Shown in pieces: positions 39,671 through 49,324 of a DNA stretch of 64,000 bases; positions within the stretch are counted from its first letter, which is position 1, and the number at the start of each line of letters is the position of its first letter. The stretch comes from Candidatus Bathyarchaeota archaeon RBG_16_48_13. Lineage in GTDB: Archaea; Thermoproteota; Bathyarchaeia; RBG-16-48-13. Position numbers and translations under genes: made by a program. Under the pieces are notes generated by a model that saw only the letters and a program-made list of their open reading frames with translations, searched no databases and had not been told where the DNA came from. The stretch covers positions 1 through 64,000 of the forward strand of contig MEZH01000001.1 in NCBI GenBank assembly GCA_001775995.1, in the 5' to 3' direction.

Positions 39671-41338
39671 TCATTCTTCAGACTGAGTCAGAAGTTCAGT
39701 CATGTTGATCTCTAGGGCTACAACGGGATTTTCAAGCTCGAAGTTTTTGAGAACCTCAGGATGGATTTCGCCTAGAATAGCTATCTCGGCATCCTCTGTC
39801 CTAATTTGCGCAGATCTTCCGTCAATGAAACTGGGGTGGTGAGAACCCTCGATGCTCCAATGCTTTAGGTTGAGAGTCTTAAAAGTTGTATATGCTATGG
39901 ACTGAACCTCCTCGAAGCTAGCCTTGTAGTTGCATATAACGGCGGCCAGCTTCCTCAGGGTTCTTGGAGAGGATTTTGGGGCGTAGCCTATCACGTCGCC
40001 GCATTCAAAAATCTTTTGCGGATACTGAACATGTCGATTGAAGCTGAGATAGTTCAGAAGGCCAGGAATGAGGGAGTCACGTAACATATGATATTCCATT
40101 GACATGGGATTTGAGATCTCTATTAGATTGTCTGCCTCTCTTTTCATCTTCGTGCAGAGTATATTCTTGTTGCTTAGGATGTAGTTTAGAACCTCTTGGA
40201 AGGCGAAGCCTACCATTATCTCTCTGGCCGTCCGAGTCAATGTTGAAATTGCAAGTTCTTTTCCAACCGTGGCCGTGGAGGGAAGCTCTGGGGTTAGGTT
40301 GTTGAAGCCATAAGACATCACCACATCCTCCACTAGATCAATCTGGTGAAGAATATCACATCTGTATGGTGGAATCAAAACTCGTATTTTGCGCCCATCT
40401 ATAGGTTTAGCACTATGTCCAGCTCTTCGGAGTAATCTCGTCATACTCCCCGCGCCCATGGAGAGGCCGAGGGTTTGATTCGCATAATCTATGTTCATAG
40501 TCATCTCAGTTGGCTTGAGGAGTGGAGTAGCTATTTTCCGACCAGTTGAATATTTGATCGAGACGATTTCCGGATTGCCGCCTCTAAGAGCTAGATTATA
40601 TATGAGTATGTTGTTGACAGAATTTACCAGGCGCTCATCGAGTCCTGTGACGTCGATGAAAAGGTCTTCTGTAAGGGATGTGACACGCGTGTCCTCGCTG
40701 TTCAAGATAGGCGGCATCGAAAGGACAATTCCGTTTTCGTCTCTGAGAAGAGGGTAGACGCGCAGTTGCTTTATTATTGGGGCATATCTAATGCCTTTAT
40801 CCGTCCTCTCTAGGATTTCCGTTCCACTCATCTTCTCATTTGCATCCAAGGGAACGAAAGAGATCTTACCAGGCGAAACTGCCTCATATATTATGTTGGG
40901 GCTGACTCTATCCAAGTCATATATGCCAATGGAGGCTTTCCTCCTATTTCGGCAATAAGTTTCGTGAAGTTTCTCTTGAAGTTGCATCATCTGCCTTACT
41001 ATCTCGTCTGATAGTTTTATTCCTCTCAGAATCGAGCAGGCTATGAATGGCCTGACCTTTTCGGTAGAAGCTAGGACTTTAACGTTTACCGGCCCCTTTT
41101 TTGCCATAATCTTTTGGGGACCAGTTTTCATTTCCATAAAACTTCTCAGTGCCCTTACAACTCCCTCAACGCTCAACATGTCGGGGCGATCCGAGTTCAG
41201 TTCGAGCGTTATTTCGTCGCCAATGGTCGCTTTTACCTCGCATTTTATGGAAGGGAGATAAACTTCGAGCTCACCTAGAGTCATCTCTTTCTTAAGGAGT
41301 TCGCACAGGTCGCTATGGCTTACTGTAATCGTTGGCGT
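39671..41338 (-). CDS. pheT: Phenylalanyl-tRNA synthetase beta subunit; probable ACG start at 41338
   Basis: DRPDMLSVEG, QEKLH and DLVEDV motifs; frame extends 18 codons upstream to (M)PTITVSHSDL. Confidence 0.93.
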   Translation of the reverse strand, partial: TPTITVSHSDLCELLKKEMTLGELEVYLPSIKCEVKATIGDEITLELNSDRPDMLSVEGVVRALRSFMEMKTGPQKIMAKKGPVNVKVLASTEKVRPFIACSILRGIKLSDEIVRQMMQLQEKLHETYCRNRRKASIGIYDLDRVSPNIIYEAVSPGKISFVPLDANEKMSGTEILERTDKGIRYAPIIKQLRVYPLLRDENGIVLSMPPILNSEDTRVTSLTEDLFIDVTGLDERLVNSVNNILIYNLALRGGNPEIVSIKYSTGRKIATPLLKPTEMTMNIDYANQTLGLSMGAGSMTRLLRRAGHSAKPIDGRKIRVLIPPYRCDILHQIDLVEDVVMSYGFNNLTPELPSTATVGKELAISTLTRTAREIMVGFAFQEVLNYILSNKNILCTKMKREADNLIEISNPMSMEYHMLRDSLIPGLLNYLSFNRHVQYPQKIFECGDVIGYAPKSSPRTLRKLAAVICNYKASFEEVQSIAYTTFKTLNLKHWSIEGSHHPSFIDGRSAQIRTEDAEIAILGEIHPEVLKNFELENPVVALEINMTELLTQSEE

Positions 41339-41342
41339 ATGC

Positions 41343-42851
41343 TCACCTCAAGGGTTTCGCGCGAAGCCAATCCAGTTTTTTTGTAAAAAGCTCTCTAATG
41401 TCATCTATTCCGAGAGATGCCATGGCGATCCTATCTATGCCTATTCCCCACGCTAGGACTGGGCAATCTAGCCCCAACGGCTTGATAACTTCAGGTCGGA
41501 AAATTCCTCCTGGCAGGCATTCGATCCAGCCGAGCCTTGGGTGCTGCACAAACCCCTCCACGCTGGGTTCTGTGAAAGGAAAGTATCCCGGCTTGAACTT
41601 GACCTTGTCTATCCCAAAAGCCCTTGAGAACTCTTTGAGGAATCCCAGAAGGTGTCTGAAGTTCGCGTCTTTGCCCATCACTATTCCTTCGCATTGATAG
41701 AACTCCATTGAGTGAGTTGCATCCAAGAAGTCAGGTCGGAAATTGCGGGAAATGCAAAACATCTTCACTGGAGGCCTCTTGTGAGTTGAGAGATAATGTA
41801 TAGAGGTGGCAGTAGTCTGAGTTCTTAGGATGAGGCGGCGGGCGATCTCAGGGTTCCATTTATATCTCCAGCCTGTTGATCCGGTTATCCAGCCATTCTC
41901 ATGGGTCCACATGACTCTTCTCATGAGCCCTCTGTCTGAGATTCTCCCCTTTGTAGGGTTCTTGAGGGCATAGCTATCATGAACCTCACGCGCAGGGTGA
42001 TCTTGGGCTTGAAATAGCACATCGAAATTCCAGAACTCAGTCTCAATATATGAGCTCTCAGCTTCTGCAAATCCCATACTTATTAAGAAACGCCGCACAT
42101 CCTCGAGGAATTCCAGATAGACATGCTTCTTTCCTGGATATACGACCGGCGGCTCGGCCTTCACGTCATAGGGAACGAACTTTGCCTCCTTCCAGAGGTC
42201 ATATTTCAATACGTCGGCGGTCAGCGCGCTTATCTCTCGAATTCCCTTCAAATCTTTCTCAGATAGGGAGCGCCCCTTCTCTGTAAGATAAGCCTCTCGC
42301 AGAGTTCTCTCCACAACTTCCAAGAGGTTCCTCTTGCGAAGGACGTTCAATGCCTCTCTACACTCCGAGGTCAGGTCGTCTATTGGGAGCTCGTTTTTCT
42401 TCTCAAACAGAATTAGGAGCTGTTCATCTAGCCCTTGTTCCTGGTCTCTCTTGGCAGATATGAGAATTCCGCCATCTCTTCTCGTTAATGTGGCCCATCC
42501 TTTCTTCTTAAGCCAGCCAAGAGCCATGTTAATGACACTTTCATCTAGGCCAGTATGTTTGCCGACGTCATACGTAGTCAGTTCTCCACCCTTGTCCAAT
42601 ACAGCTTCAAGTATCTGTCTTTCGGGCAGACCTTTCGACAAGTATGAAGAGCCTTCCTCTAAAAGATATGCGAAGCTCTGGTTTCTTTCTCTCAGTTCGA
42701 CCAGTCTCTTTTCTGAAAGCGCGAATATTGCTTGCATTAGAGCAGGGCCTTTGAGCTCGCTTATTTGGGTCAACCTTTCTACGTCTGTATGATCATCGAC
42801 CTTTTTCAAGGCGAGAATCGCAAGACGCTCGTTTTCCCTTAGGTCAGTCAA
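41343..42851 (-). CDS. pheS: Phenylalanyl-tRNA synthetase alpha subunit
   Basis: QDHPARE, LRTQTT, YFPFTEPS and WGIGIDR. Confidence 0.95.
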   Translation of the reverse strand: MTDLRENERLAILALKKVDDHTDVERLTQISELKGPALMQAIFALSEKRLVELRERNQSFAYLLEEGSSYLSKGLPERQILEAVLDKGGELTTYDVGKHTGLDESVINMALGWLKKKGWATLTRRDGGILISAKRDQEQGLDEQLLILFEKKNELPIDDLTSECREALNVLRKRNLLEVVERTLREAYLTEKGRSLSEKDLKGIREISALTADVLKYDLWKEAKFVPYDVKAEPPVVYPGKKHVYLEFLEDVRRFLISMGFAEAESSYIETEFWNFDVLFQAQDHPAREVHDSYALKNPTKGRISDRGLMRRVMWTHENGWITGSTGWRYKWNPEIARRLILRTQTTATSIHYLSTHKRPPVKMFCISRNFRPDFLDATHSMEFYQCEGIVMGKDANFRHLLGFLKEFSRAFGIDKVKFKPGYFPFTEPSVEGFVQHPRLGWIECLPGGIFRPEVIKPLGLDCPVLAWGIGIDRIAMASLGIDDIRELFTKKLDWLRAKPLR

Positions 42852-42902
42852 TTGAGAGAATCACCATTAGAGTCATTTTCCCATGGATGAAATTTCAACT
42901 AT

Positions 42903-44054
42903 CTATTTTAGAGATAATATTAGTTGCTCCCTACTCCTAGCCAATAGCTCACGGGATTTGTCGATGAGCTTGGCTTTTCTTCTCTGATGCTCATTCAAGA
43001 AGTTCGTAACGAGCTCCGCCGCCTCCTTCTTGCAGTCGCCACATATTCTCTTGCCTTGCACGCATTCATTGTAGATCTTCTTGACCAATGCGTCGTCTTC
43101 AGCGAAGTGTATGACACACAGCTCATAATTAACACATTTCTCGGGTTCGCCGCCGTACTTCTTCTGGTTCTCAGTGGTCTCTCTGCCGCCTGTGAAGCAA
43201 CTCATTACTTTCTTTTTAGCCAACGTTGGGTTGTCGTCAAGAGTCAGGAGGCTAAGAGGATCCCTCTTAGACATCTTATACTCCCCTGAAAGCGAACGGG
43301 TCAGCTTATGGTATATGGCGCTGGGCAAGACAAATTTAAAATCCGGATAATATTTTTTTGCTAAGTCACGGGCAAGCCGGATATGAGGATCTTGATCCGC
43401 ACCAACCGGAACTAGCACTGGCTTAGGTCCTCCAAAACCTTCAGTCTGGGGCAGGAGAATGTCGCCTGCTTGAATCAAAGCAGACACATAAAGCCCGAAG
43501 GGTTTCTTGCCATAGATTGCTTCCATCATATTATTGGTGACGCCCCGTGAAAAGATGAATGCCATGTTCATGACTGTCAGTGCCTCTGACTGTTTGTAGA
43601 CGTAGGCTCTATCTGGATCAAGCCCCAGAGCAAGTATATCTGCGACGTTATTCGTGGCTATTTCGGATGTCTCGGCAAAAGTAAGCCCATTGTCGCAGTA
43701 GGCTTCCACATCGGCTATGGCATAGAAAGCGCGAGCATTTCGCGAGATCTTTTGGAAGTATATAATATCATCAGCGGTCATCTTGCTTCCCAAATGAAAG
43801 GGCCCCGTGGGTTTGATGCCTGACATTACTGCGTAGAGTTCATTGTTCTCTATGGCCTTAAGAATACGCTCGAGATTCCTGTGGCCGAAATCAATATTCC
43901 TCCTTATGTAACGATTCGATTCGAAAGCTCTGAATTTCGATTTATCCAGAGGTTCTATACCAAATAGGTCAAAAAGCTTTGAGTAATCCCTTATGTCAGT
44001 AGTGCCCCAAGGATCGAGCTTTATAGTGTCTTTCAATGCCTCTCTAACCTCCAT
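42903..44054 (-). CDS. trpS: Tryptophanyl-tRNA synthetase
   Basis: SGIKPTGPFHLG, GADQDPH and KMSK. Confidence 0.93.
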   Translation of the reverse strand: MEVREALKDTIKLDPWGTTDIRDYSKLFDLFGIEPLDKSKFRAFESNRYIRRNIDFGHRNLERILKAIENNELYAVMSGIKPTGPFHLGSKMTADDIIYFQKISRNARAFYAIADVEAYCDNGLTFAETSEIATNNVADILALGLDPDRAYVYKQSEALTVMNMAFIFSRGVTNNMMEAIYGKKPFGLYVSALIQAGDILLPQTEGFGGPKPVLVPVGADQDPHIRLARDLAKKYYPDFKFVLPSAIYHKLTRSLSGEYKMSKRDPLSLLTLDDNPTLAKKKVMSCFTGGRETTENQKKYGGEPEKCVNYELCVIHFAEDDALVKKIYNECVQGKRICGDCKKEAAELVTNFLNEHQRRKAKLIDKSRELLARSREQLILSLK

Positions 44055-44530
44055 TCTCTCATCAATGCACCGTTTCGGTCAATTATCTTTTTCAATATTC
44101 TGTCGGAGGAGATTGGTTTCCCATCTTCGGCCAATACCTGTCTTATGGCTATTATTTTCAGAGGTTTTAGTCCTTTCTTGCGCCTTTTCACATTAATCTC
44201 TTTTGCTCTAACTTTGGTTTCTTCGCTTACAACGATCACATCTATGTCTTTAAGGGTAATTGCTGGACCATATGGATCAGTGATCGGAAATATGGAAAAC
44301 CGTTTGACCGCTTGTTCCTTGAGATATGTTGCCAAATTCCTCTCCCTCTCCTCATAGGTTGAGATGAGATGTTCTTTGGATCTTCGACCCATTTCATCCG
44401 TCGTCAAACCAATGAGTAGGTATTCGGCTGTTTGAGCCGCTTTTTTCAGTAGTGCCTCATGGCCTTTGTGAAAATGATCGAAAGTGCCACCAAGTATGGC
44501 TATCTTGTAGACTCGTGAGTCAGAATGCAT
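44033..44530 (-). CDS. coaD: Phosphopantetheine adenylyltransferase (archaeal type)
   Basis: GGTFDHFHKGH, DPYGP and ISS. Confidence 0.9.
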   Translation of the reverse strand: MHSDSRVYKIAILGGTFDHFHKGHEALLKKAAQTAEYLLIGLTTDEMGRRSKEHLISTYEERERNLATYLKEQAVKRFSIFPITDPYGPAITLKDIDVIVVSEETKVRAKEINVKRRKKGLKPLKIIAIRQVLAEDGKPISSDRILKKIIDRNGALMREWRLERH

Positions 44531-44554
44531 GAATAATCACTGATCATGAGTCTG

Positions 44555-45228
44555 TCATAATTCAAGAGTCTCTCCAGGTTCAAGTATATGTATTTCAACT
44601 TCCGTCGCCTCTCTTTCAGCCATTGAGGCGAAGACCTCAACTTCTTGATGTATCCGCGTAAAAGTGTTGTAGTGACTGGGTATGACGATTTTGGGCTTCA
44701 CTAGCTTTATCGCCTCAATTGCTTCTATTGGACCCATGGTGTAGTGACCACCAATGGTACGATGAAGACCCGAGGGTGATACAATCTACCTATAATACTC
44801 ATGTCACCAAAGAGCGCATTATTACCTGGATGATATACAGAAGACCTAGCAGATTTTATTACGAAGCCAACAGGATTCCCTAATCTAGATGAGTGAACAG
44901 CATAAGTCATGATGAAGTTTAGTCCGTCCGCTTCCATGACGCCACCAATATTCATTCCAACAGTGTTCTTGACGCCTTTCGATGAAGCGTACTTGCTCAG
45001 TTCAGAGATGCTTACAAATGTGGCGTTAGTTCTTTTCGCTATTTTTAGTGCATCATTCAATCCGTGATCTGCATGGTCATGAGTCACCAAGATGTAATCC
45101 ACATCGGACATGTCTGCACTCTTTAGTGGCGCCTTTGGATTTCCCGTGAGCCGTGGATCAATCAGAGTCTTCTTGTTGTTTAAGGTCATCTCAAAGGCAG
45201 CGTGTCCGAGCCAGATTGTTTTTTCCAA
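44555..45228 (-). pseudogene. UPF0173 metallo-beta-lactamase-fold hydrolase, frameshifted near 44755
   Basis: THDHADH motif; PIGGHYTMGP appears only after a frame change; conserved W and GDT replaced by R and GNN. Confidence 0.7.
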
Positions 45229-45337
45229 CTTCCCGCCTTCCTGAAGATTAAACTCCCATGAAAAATCATGGATCATTAATAACTATTTATCTAGGTCAAT
45301 TATATACGACCAATTGTACAGAGCAAGGTGGTTTTAA

Positions 45338-46237
45338 TTGCTTTCTGAGGATATCGTTAAAAAATACATGCAGGCCGGCCATATTGCCTCAGAGGTAAGA
45401 AACTCAGCAAAGCAGTTGGTAAAAGCTGGAGCCCAGATCATAGATATTTGTGAAGGGATCGAGAGACTCATAAGAGCAAAGGGAGGAAACTCTGCTTTCC
45501 CCTGCAACGTCTGCATCAACGATATAGCAGCTCACTACACATCGCCTCCCAAAGATAACCACGTCGTTCCGCCTGACTCCATAGTCAAGGTCGATTTGGG
45601 GGTGCATATCGATGGTTATATCGCGGATACGGCAACCACCATATGTTTGGATAGGAGGTACGAAGACCTTTTTGCGACAGCTCAAAGAGCTTTGCAGGCT
45701 GCCATAGTCGAGATTCAGCCTGGAACAAAGGTCTCCAAGATTGGGTCAGTGATCCAGAAGACCATAGAATCCAATGGTTTCAAGCCTATATCGAATCTCT
45801 CAGGCCACAAAATGGATCAGTATATTATTCATAGCGGAAAGTCGATACCTAACGTTGGTCAGATGAATGGTACCAAGACCGAAGAATGGGAGGTTTATGC
45901 AATAGAACCTTTCGTAACTATGAATGACGCAGCTGGTCAGGTCAAAAATGGAAGGGATTCTTACATCTACAGATTCTTGAGAGATCGAAAACCAAAAGGG
46001 ATAGAAGCAAAAATCCTGCTTCAGAAGATACGATCATCCCAAAGAACATTGCCATTCCCAGAGAGATGGCTTTATTCCGGAACATCCGACGGTCAGAGGA
46101 GGGCCTTTTTGGAGATTCTAGCCTCCAAGAGCATTATGGCCTATCCAGTTCTGATCGAGGCGAGTGGAAGTCTTGTGGCCCAAGCTGAGCACACAGTTCT
46201 CATAAAGAAAGATGAGAGCGTGGTCATAACACTCTAG
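45338..46237 (+). CDS. map: Methionine aminopeptidase type II
   Basis: AAHYT, DLGVHIDGYIADTA, GH, EPF and EHT. Confidence 0.95.
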   Translation: MLSEDIVKKYMQAGHIASEVRNSAKQLVKAGAQIIDICEGIERLIRAKGGNSAFPCNVCINDIAAHYTSPPKDNHVVPPDSIVKVDLGVHIDGYIADTATTICLDRRYEDLFATAQRALQAAIVEIQPGTKVSKIGSVIQKTIESNGFKPISNLSGHKMDQYIIHSGKSIPNVGQMNGTKTEEWEVYAIEPFVTMNDAAGQVKNGRDSYIYRFLRDRKPKGIEAKILLQKIRSSQRTLPFPERWLYSGTSDGQRRAFLEILASKSIMAYPVLIEASGSLVAQAEHTVLIKKDESVVITL

Positions 46238-46671
46238 GCCTGTGATTTGGCCTTTTCGTCTTCCTGTTGATATATTGCAGTAATCATCAAGCTGTCTGCA
46301 GAGCATCGTGGACACAATTCAACGACCTTGAAGACGTGATCACCCTTCAAGAACTTGCGTAAGTTCTTAAATCCGCACTTGGCACATTCCAAGACTGAAA
46401 CGACTTCAGATTTCTGAACCATGGCGGTTATGGCCTCAGTTCTTCGCCTCATCTGAAATAGCATATATCCTGAGGTGGCTAAACCCATGGCTGCAATCAA
46501 TGTACTAGTCATAAACTCGTCCATTAGACCCTCTTGATAGAATATTATTGCCCTGAAGAGGAACCACATTGAGACCACGAAAATCAGTAGAATTATCAAA
46601 TAGAATGTGGAGAAGGTGTTGATGCCTTTCTTCTTTTGTGGTTGTTGTTCGGTCATGTTCAGCCTCCTCAT
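46234..46671 (-). CDS. Two-TM membrane protein with a C-terminal zinc ribbon
   Basis: Two hydrophobic helices; C-AK-C..C-PR-C. Confidence 0.7.
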   Translation of the reverse strand: MRRLNMTEQQPQKKKGINTFSTFYLIILLIFVVSMWFLFRAIIFYQEGLMDEFMTSTLIAAMGLATSGYMLFQMRRRTEAITAMVQKSEVVSVLECAKCGFKNLRKFLKGDHVFKVVELCPRCSADSLMITAIYQQEDEKAKSQA

Positions 46672-47810
46672 TGTGCCACACCGAGTGTGTTGCCAATCCC
46701 CGCAACAATAATAGTATCACCCTCTTTAGTCTTCTCGGCAATCAGTCTTCTCACGCGTTTGATGGAATCATCAACGCCGTCTATTAGACTCTTCTTCATA
46801 GCAGATATGGATTCTACCATGGATTCTTTTATGACAACAGCATTCACAGGGATTTTATACTTCGTTAGAACCTCTTCTATCTTGAATTTATCTACTCCTG
46901 GTCCGCCTATAGCTGCACCAATGCCTTCAAAGGCTTCTCCGGACTTTTCACCTTCGAGTTTCAATCCTGCATCTATCATTATGAGCATTGCTATTTTTCC
47001 GTTCCGCTCTTCTATCAGGTTGACTATACCGTCTCCAGGCTTGCCAACTGTCCCCCCCGGTCCTTCGGCCTTCAATACAAGGAGAGCCCTGCCGTCCATA
47101 GGCACCTCAGCCATGACCGTGTCTTTTGCAACTTTTCTGGTAGGCATACCATGCATTAGTTTTCCAGCTACCATGGCTCCCGCAGCGTCACCTATGGGTT
47201 GTCCCGCTGCGATGGCTTCTGCGGCTTTGGAATAGCTCTCAGCCATCTCCATGATTAGGGGCATTGACATTTGGAGTTGCATGATTGAATAAATACTCTT
47301 TGTCCTCTTACCTTGCACATAATAGTGTCTTACTACCCTGTAGAACGTGTTTAGGGCCGCAGCAACTTCTACAGAGAGACTATAATTGTTGATCTGGATA
47401 TCGTTAGCAGAAGGTGTAATCAGCCGAATATCCTCTTTGAACCTTTCTTCCTCCAAAGTTATCAAGTGGTCAAGTTTTCCGACTATACCCGCTGGGTCGA
47501 GTGAGACAGGTTCTATTAGGAAGAATTCCATCATGCGATCAAGTCTAGCCATCATGTCGTCGCTGGTCTTACCGGTGTCCTTCAAGGTATCTATGGTGAT
47601 CTGTTTTGTCTTGTCTCTCATGATTTTCAGCTTATTGAGAGATTTCTCAATATCCCAGAGCCATGTTCGAACCTGAAGCTTGTTACCGTATAGAAGGAAT
47701 ATTATGAAAAATAGTGGGTAGGCGACCTGGAAGAGGAGATTAATAAGCTGGGAGACCTGGTCTGTGGGGGCAATTTGACTGATGAATGACATTCTTTCTA
47801 CATTCTCCAT
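46668..47810 (-). CDS. DUF1512 family protein
   Basis: PVSLDPAGIV, GDAAG, IDAGLKLEGE and GIGNT. Confidence 0.88.
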   Translation of the reverse strand: MENVERMSFISQIAPTDQVSQLINLLFQVAYPLFFIIFLLYGNKLQVRTWLWDIEKSLNKLKIMRDKTKQITIDTLKDTGKTSDDMMARLDRMMEFFLIEPVSLDPAGIVGKLDHLITLEEERFKEDIRLITPSANDIQINNYSLSVEVAAALNTFYRVVRHYYVQGKRTKSIYSIMQLQMSMPLIMEMAESYSKAAEAIAAGQPIGDAAGAMVAGKLMHGMPTRKVAKDTVMAEVPMDGRALLVLKAEGPGGTVGKPGDGIVNLIEERNGKIAMLIMIDAGLKLEGEKSGEAFEGIGAAIGGPGVDKFKIEEVLTKYKIPVNAVVIKESMVESISAMKKSLIDGVDDSIKRVRRLIAEKTKEGDTIIVAGIGNTLGVAQ

Positions 47811-47904
47811 TGACGGACAGAAAAGAGAAGTAACCGTTTGATTTTATGATTTTCCATTCATAGGGTAGGGCTCAGAAAGATAAGTCTTTTGGATTATGTT
47901 GAAG

Positions 47905-48028
47905 TCGCTCGCCAGAATCCCGGGCCCTCGTAGGCTCTCGCACCACAGGGAAACGGGACGTGGTCCTGCTTAGCTTCCGAGTTCGGAATGGGATCGGGCG
48001 TTTCCAAGACCCTATGACCGGCGAACGA
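47905..48028 (-). rRNA. rrf: 5S rRNA, unlinked from 16S/23S
   Basis: Conserved GATCCCATTCCGAACTCGGAAGCTAAG; terminal helix TCGTTCGCC/GGCGAGCGA. Confidence 0.93.
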
Positions 48029-48182
48029 CAAGAAAGAAACAATACGCTCCTACTTAAATATTTCAGTGTTAACATCTGGATACACCATGGAAGAGTGTTC
48101 TTGGACAGGTTTATTGATTCAAGTTCAGCGTGAGGAGGGAAAAAATGTCTATAAAGAAGAAAAAAAATGCCGGCGTCGGCTA

Positions 48183-48479
48183 TCACTTCTTCTTGGACTC
48201 TTTTTCAATTCTTTCGTATATAGGATAGACTTTTTCACTGGTAATGAGCGGATATGTTTCTCGTTCGGTATAGTTGAATAGTGGATCTCCGTTTATGGCT
48301 TCGAAAAGATCAATGTCGCTCTTGACGTCAAATATGATCACTCTTGCTCGTTTCCCTAGATATGCGGCAGTGAACTTTATTGTGCCCTGTTTCTCAAGTT
48401 TCTTTATATATTCTGCGTGTTCATTCGCCGCTTTGGCAAATTGCTGCAATGGGATCGGTAATGGCGCATAAGCTCTCAT
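48183..48479 (-). CDS. Muconolactone-isomerase/YCII-like dimeric barrel protein
   Basis: 98 aa; IFDV-x2-D-x2-L-x6-P-L pattern. Confidence 0.55.
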   Translation of the reverse strand: MRAYAPLPIPLQQFAKAANEHAEYIKKLEKQGTIKFTAAYLGKRARVIIFDVKSDIDLFEAINGDPLFNYTERETYPLITSEKVYPIYERIEKESKKK

Positions 48480-48578
48480 TAGGTGTAAGAAGAGAATTTT
48501 TTATCACCTCCAGCAATCTGCAATTGATGCAAATATGGACTCTACACATATATAAAAACCCTGAAGCAGCGGGAATGG

Positions 48579-48735
48579 TGGGGCCGGTGCGATTTGAACA
48601 CACGATCTACGGGTTTCCCCGAACGCTCCAGAGTTTCTTCATCCCTGGAGTACAGGTCAATCCATTTTATGTACTCTGGAGCCCTTAACGTCAGGTTATG
48701 CCTGATGTCGTCATCCCTAGCTAGACTACGGCCCC
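48579..48735 (-). tRNA. tRNA-Trp(CCA), introns at 28/29 (22 nt, 48685-48706) and 37/38 (61 nt, 48615-48675); CCA encoded
   Basis: Manual reconstruction; 28/29 BHB central helix GACG/CGTT with TCAGG/CCTGA stem. Confidence 0.9.
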
Positions 48736-48855
48736 CCGCCATCATCTCCGTAGTCATACAACTGTGAAATATATAACTTTACCACTTGATCTTGAAGAAA
48801 ATGAGAATCATGAAAGACATAAATATGATTATGGATTGGTTCTTTGTTTGGGAGG

Positions 48856-48962
48856 GGGGCTGTCTGCTAGTCTGGTCTAGACATTATGGGATTAGCTTCG
48901 TGGCTTGGGTGCATATAGGCAAAGAAACCACGAGATCGCCGGTTCAAATCCGGCCGGCCCCA
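48856..48962 (+). tRNA. tRNA-Pro(TGG), introns at 22/23 (14 nt, 48881-48894) and 37/38 (17 nt, 48910-48926); CCA encoded
   Basis: GGGGCTG/CGGCCCC acceptor; 22/23 BHB central helix GTCT/GGAT. Confidence 0.88.
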
Positions 48963-48976
48963 CCACATCAGTATAG

Positions 48977-49065
48977 AGCCTCGGGTGGGATTTGAACCCA
49001 CGATCAATGGCTTTCCTTAAGATATCGTACAAGGCCATCGCTCTGCTGGGCTAAGCTACCGAGGC
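48977..49065 (-). tRNA. tRNA-Thr(TGT) with a 15-nt intron at 37/38
   Basis: GCCTCGG/CCGAGGC acceptor, ATGGC/GCCAT anticodon stem, TTCAAAT T-loop. Confidence 0.9.
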
Positions 49066-49185
49066 ACATGAGAGAACAGATTCAGCAAACCTTTTAAATT
49101 GTTCGCATCCATCACACAACTTACTCTGGACCAGAAAGCGTAGAAACGTTTTCTGGCAAATAGTGTGTGCCGAGGGGCCTTATAG

Positions 49186-49319
49186 GCCGGGGTTGGTCTC
49201 CGACTACCGAAAGCTCAGCCTGGTTAGATGAGTGACCTCAAACCAAAGCGCCAGACCTCTCTATGAGAGGAGCGTTACTCATAATCTGGAGATCGTGGGT
49301 TCGAAACCCACCCTCGGCT
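49186..49319 (+). tRNA. Elongator tRNA-Met(CAT), introns at 8/9 (18 nt, 49194-49211), 22/23 (19 nt, 49228-49246) and 30/31 (22 nt, 49255-49276)
   Basis: Removing the three BHB-like inserts gives GCCGGGGTAGCTCAGCCTGGTTAGAGCGCCAGACTCATAATCTGGAGATCGTGGGTTCGAAACCCACCCTCGGC. Confidence 0.85.
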
Positions 49320-49324
49320 TTACT

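Noticed and set aside
49169-49193. Upstream GCCGAGG as the true 5' exon of tRNA-Met, with an extra intron in the acceptor stem
   Set aside because: No tested junction (3/4 to 6/7) gives a convincing BHB, while G1 at 49186 gives T8 and a workable 8/9 motif.
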